This document shows, piece after piece, positions 59,522 through 64,000 of a DNA stretch of 64,000 nt. A program made the translations under genes and the position numbers. The notes below the pieces were generated by a model, which was given only the letters and a program-made list of their open reading frames with translations, was not told the origin of the DNA and searched no databases. This stretch comes from Amoebophrya sp. A120 (lineage: Eukaryota; Protista; Dinoflagellata): contig CAJINV010000009.1 in the NCBI GenBank assembly GCA_905178155.1, positions 1,485,907 to 1,549,906 of the forward strand. Reading direction: 5' to 3'. How positions within the stretch are numbered: the stretch's first letter is position 1; every line of letters starts with the position of its first letter.

Positions 59522-62137
59522 ATGTCGAGTTTCCTGGGGCTCGGCAACGACACCGGCCTGCTGAAGGCCCGGAAGACGAGCGATCCGCGGTCCGCTGCAG
59601 AGATGAAAATCAAGCGACACCGGGACATTTTTCAAGTGGTCAATGAATCGGTAAAAAACCTGCACACGGCTTTTCAGACCATCCAGAAACACCAGAAGCA
59701 GCTCCTCCAGTGTCTCGAGGAGCTTCTCTTCGACGGGTGCGCCCAGAATTGTGCGGACTTGGTCTCAGATTTCGGCTCCTTCTACAGTTTTTGCGCCAAC
59801 GACGACGAAACGCGGAAGGCGCTGAACCAGCTGGAGTTTGTGGAGAAAAAATCAACCAAAGTGTTGAACGAGCTCGAGGACAGCCTCTACCTGTTCGAGC
59901 AGCGCGACATCGCTTGGGGGCAACAGCAGCACTACGAAAAGAAGGTGTACGAGCTTCGTGCCGGGCAGACCGCGACGAGCGCGACGACGTCGAAAGTTTT
60001 GCGCAACGAGCAAAAGCTGAACGCCGCCAGAATCGATGCCACGGAGCTGCAGGAACAGTGCCGCTTGCAGGTGGAGGCGTGGAACGTGGAAATTGCGACC
60101 GCAGGGGAACTGGACGACTGGCTCTTTCGTGGCGTGAAAACAGGTATCGTAGGCTTGTGCAGTCGTTGGGGACAAGCCGCAACCGGGGTGCAGAACAACT
60201 CGAAAGCTGCATCGCCGACCATAAAGCCTGTGGCGCAAGTCGCGGCAAAAGCACAAGGGACCAGCGTCGCAACTGGCATCCCTGTAGTTGTTGCGAACAA
60301 AAAAGCGGCTGCCCCTGTCGGCACAACTGTCGCCGCCTCTTCCAGCTCCTTCTCGCCGACGAAAGCAGCGCAACAGACCACGCCCGCGAAAGCGACTACA
60401 GCTGGCACTGCAGCGTCGAAGGCCACGCCTTCGTTCTCTCCGTCTGTCCGCGAAAAAACTGGAAAAAAATCGGACATCAAAGAGAGAAACAGTACGAGTG
60501 TTGCAACTGTACCTGGGGTTTACCCAAACAACTTCCCATCCGCAGCTTCTCCGTCATCTGTTGCGGCAAACGCAGCGTCCTCTGCCTACCCAACGCACAT
60601 CGGCGGCAAAGTCGAAGTGCTCCACCGGCCGTCTTCGAAGAGCCTGCTGCAAACACCAGGAAGGAAGAGCGACAGTGGCGAAAGCCCGTCGTCCGCCTCG
60701 ACGTCGCCGAAGGCAGGGTTGGCTGGTAGTTCTACCCAAGTTGGTGCGGTAGAAAGAGGTTTTTCTCGAGAAGTTGTGGACCAAGGCGGAATGGGAGCGC
60801 CTCCCAGGGACGCCACTGCGGTGGCGCCGCAGCCCAACCTAGTTGCACCGGAAAGGACTGCCACAAGGCAAGACAATCTCACGGAGGTAGTATCGCAAAC
60901 ACCACAGGAGCCAGCAGAGGAAAACCCGCCTGACATTGAGCACTACCTTAGCACGCGGGCGCAGTTGAATCAGTTGGACGCACTAGCGCCAAAGCTCTTT
61001 AAGGACGATGAAGATGCGGAGCAAGAGATATCGATCTCGCTGGCGGCGCCCATGGTATTTCTAAATTGCAATTTGTGCTGGTCCCTCCTTGTCATGCTCG
61101 TGCTCACGGCTAAGTGTGAAGACCGTGACACGATTTTTACGAGCTCCACTCGTTAAGAGAACTTGAACCACTATGCCATCAAATTCCAGGTCAGCCGCAT
61201 TTCCCGCGTGTCTCTCGCTGGTCAGGATCTGCAAATCGTGCGGAGCACCAACCAGCAGGTAACCATTCGTGGGTCCATTCCTCTGACACTCGACAAGCAT
61301 CCAGACGTGATTCCGCTCAAGGAACTGTGCAAAAAGCGCCTTCCGCTCCGCATCGAGTCGTTCGGGATAGAACACTTCTGCTTCCGCAGCGACGTCGAAC
61401 TGGATGTCTACACGCACTTGCAATTTTCGCAGAATTGCGGCCTGAACTTGATCTTTCCTGATGCTGAAACAGAAGAAGGGCGTTCACCTCGTCCGACGGC
61501 AGAACTAAACGATCCTAATCCGATATTACCCGAGCAGGACGCGGTAGGAACGACAGAGGCTAACAGCTGCACAAATATGGGCCCAAGCAAGTACGAGATC
61601 GTGGAGCGCAAGCAGGGGAGCATGGACGCGGTTTGTTTCGCCGAGAACGCAGTGGACTACTACGAAATCGAAATTCTCGAGGTCATCCCGAGGGGCCAGA
61701 CCCGCACCGCCGCGTTCGGTTTTTTCTGGGAGCTGCCGACACAGAAACTCGCGCGGATCGGGAAGAACAGCCAGGAGCTGCGAAACTCCGTCGTGATCGG
61801 CGGGGAGCTGCCGCAGATCCACCTGGACGGGGTTTCCATAAAAAGGAACCTCGAGTGGCGGCCAAGAAAAGTACTGCAAGAAAAGGATCGGGTCGGCGTA
61901 CGCTGGTTGTGGGCGGAAGCGACCATCCAGGTCTTTCACAACTCGGAGCTCGTCGTGGAGAGAGTCCTCGACGGGGCCATCCGCGGGAAGAAGGAGCTCT
62001 TTCCTTTGGTGGACTGTGCCGGCAACGTGCGCAAGCTCCGGTTCGTGCAAGCGGCGAAGCCGCCGCGGAGGAAAAAGCGGGGCGCGGGTTGTGGAGAAGA
62101 CGATGACGAGAATAGTGTGTCGTCCGAAGACTCTTAA
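59522..62137 (+). CDS. Hypothetical protein: N-terminal helical (BAR-like) domain, S/T/A-rich linker and C-terminal SPRY/NHR-like domain. Intron 61055-61189
   Basis: The 59480 and 61163 ORFs join in phase 0 through GT-AG. HYEKKVYELR...RNEQKLNAA is BAR-like; YYEIEILE...DRVGV...FHNSELV...LFPLVD is SPRY/NHR-like. Confidence 0.65.
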
Positions 62138-62739
62138 TGTTGAAACATCGAATGTGTATGCCTGCAGATCTCCGACTCTTGTCGTTTCTGCGAGAGCAAG
62201 TACGTACCTCGATAAACAAGGGTATAACTACTGATAGTGATAGTGTTCGAACTCGAAGCTGTAGCTGCATAGCACGACAAGAAATTGAAGTGAGGTTTGC
62301 ACAACACGGTGACACGATCTCAAGGTGCGCTATGGATTCTATCACAATGGTGTCGGTCGACCTGGATCAGCTTTAATGCACGTAGGTCGTGTACTACCAC
62401 TAGCGGTGCAATGAATCGGTCGTGAGTAAAAACCGTGAAGATAATTCCTCATTCGGAACTACACCGTCAATTCGGTCTTATCGGTCACTCAGAGTCTCAT
62501 GTTGTGTTGCCGGATGCAGCGCGCTGTCATTTGAGGTCAGGTGAAACGAAGCTAAAAACATCTTTACCCTGCTACTCTACTTGACCCCTAAGCCCACAAT
62601 TTTTGGAAATTTCTAACTGTTCGCTATCTCTTTTTACATTCAATTCATCTTGCGGCATGTTTTCTCTGGCATTTGCTTTCACTGACTCCAATTTTAGGCC
62701 GCCCTTAAGGCTACGCCCTTCTTGAATCATACAAAAGTC

Positions 62740-64000
62740 ATTGCCACAAATCATGCCTCGTCAGACGTCCCAAACGGCCTCCACTCCGTCGCGCAGCAGC
62801 AAGATTGTTGCCGCCGCGGGCGTGTTTTTACAAACAATTCCGGGCGTTAACAGTCGCGCGCCCAATTTTGCGAAACTTTTGCGACGTTTTTGCGAGATTT
62901 GCCGTTTTGGCCCAGATCAGTCACGAGGACTATTTTGCTGCAGCTGCGGGCGCTTTGGTAAAGCCCGGCCACCCGCGATCCTCCCCTGTTTTCGCGCCCT
63001 TGGAGCGGGGCAACGAGAAGGCCGACCCCGAGCGCGGCCCCGATCTCGAGCGGGCCGCATTAGCAAGCAGACTGGGGCTGCCCACACATCTCTCCCGGGC
63101 TGCCCCTTCCCCCTTTCCAAAGAAATAGGTAGCAAAGGACGCGGGCCAGGCTTTGCCTCAGCCCCGGGGGCAGGGCGTTGTGGCCGCCGGCGATCCGCCT
63201 TGCACCTGGCCGTATTCATTCTCCCTACCAGCCGAAGCCACTAGGGCCCAGCATTGGCAGGCTGGCAGACTGGCGCCCTGTGTGGTCGCCCCGGGTACCG
63301 GCCAGGGGGCCGGCCAGGCAGGACGGCGGCGGCCGTTGCCTTTGCAAGAGTGCGCCTTCTGCGCGCCACATTGGCTGCGCACAGGCCCGCTTCCTTGGGT
63401 GGCCCAGCGCGGCTGCAGCTGGTGCGCCTGGCCTTGAGGGGGTGTCTGTGGGATAGATTTTCCTTTGGCCGGCGGCCTTGTCGTGCGCAGCATGAATGCC
63501 TTGCCGGCGGGGGGAACTTTGAAAACTTGGGGGCGAGGAGGAAAAACGGACACAAGGGATGTCGGAATCTTCCGGCAGAAATTGCGCACAAAAAAATCGA
63601 CTTCGGGGAAAGCGAGCCAGTAAGCCTATTCGCAAAAATCTCGCAAAAATTTGGGACCCCTTTCGCAAAAATCTCGCAAAATTACTAAGCCTGTTCGACC
63701 ATGAAAAATGGGAAATCGGACAAATCGATTTGCGCCATATGCAATTTATAAGCCTGTTCGCAAAAATCTCGCAAAAATTTCGCAAAAATCCGGCATCCTT
63801 TTTTGCAAATTTCGCAGAAATCTCGCAAAAATCTCGCAGAATTCCCGGGAAAGCGAAAAAGCGCAAGGGGCCTGCCGCTTTTTGTGTGTTGCCCCGCTCC
63901 CAGCCTCGATCAGGGGTCGGCGGCCATGGCCCGGGGCGCCGACCTTTGGCCCCGCGCGCGCGCGGCCCAGGCAGGGGGTGGGCCATGTGGGCGACGCCGC
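62740..64000. repeat. GC-rich repeat element with an array of TCGCAAAAA motifs; runs off the window end
   Basis: ttcgcaaaaatctcgcaaaa copies at 63629-63840 and inverted ttttgcga copies at 62866-62900. No protein domain in any frame. Confidence 0.55.

Overview
Gene-dense eukaryotic protist DNA. About 16 intron-containing genes all lie on the + strand, and several introns are inverted-repeat elements. This architecture resembles the Syndiniales parasite Amoebophrya (an inference from style, not a database match). Recognisable genes: a J-domain protein, a Cid1/TUTase-type nucleotidyltransferase, a RING protein, an MSS51-like protein, a DAO-family FAD oxidoreductase, an NPPF-type methyltransferase with a CCCH finger, a peroxisomal (SKL) acyl-CoA dehydrogenase, BBS8/TTC8, an ArfGAP, an SGNH hydrolase and DNA polymerase alpha. 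Seven non-autonomous TIR elements (introners; two families, TAT...ATA termini, 5-bp TSD, both orientations) sit inside coding sequence and restore the frame when removed. Some borrow TSD bases to make GT-AG ends and leave a duplicated codon; two have no canonical junction. The most unusual object is an 858-bp introner in POLA1. It has no in-frame GT-AG junction at its ends and carries a ~600-nt non-coding cargo with nested helices, repeated GCAAGU(A)-loop hairpins, loop-loop complementarity and a 35-nt tandem hairpin, i.e. a candidate structured ncRNA or ribozyme. Also present: a 1.4-kb insertion bracketed by a 46-bp direct repeat inside the SGNH gene, and two GC-rich repeat relics. Exon boundaries were deduced by hand from reading-frame continuity and are not RNA-validated.
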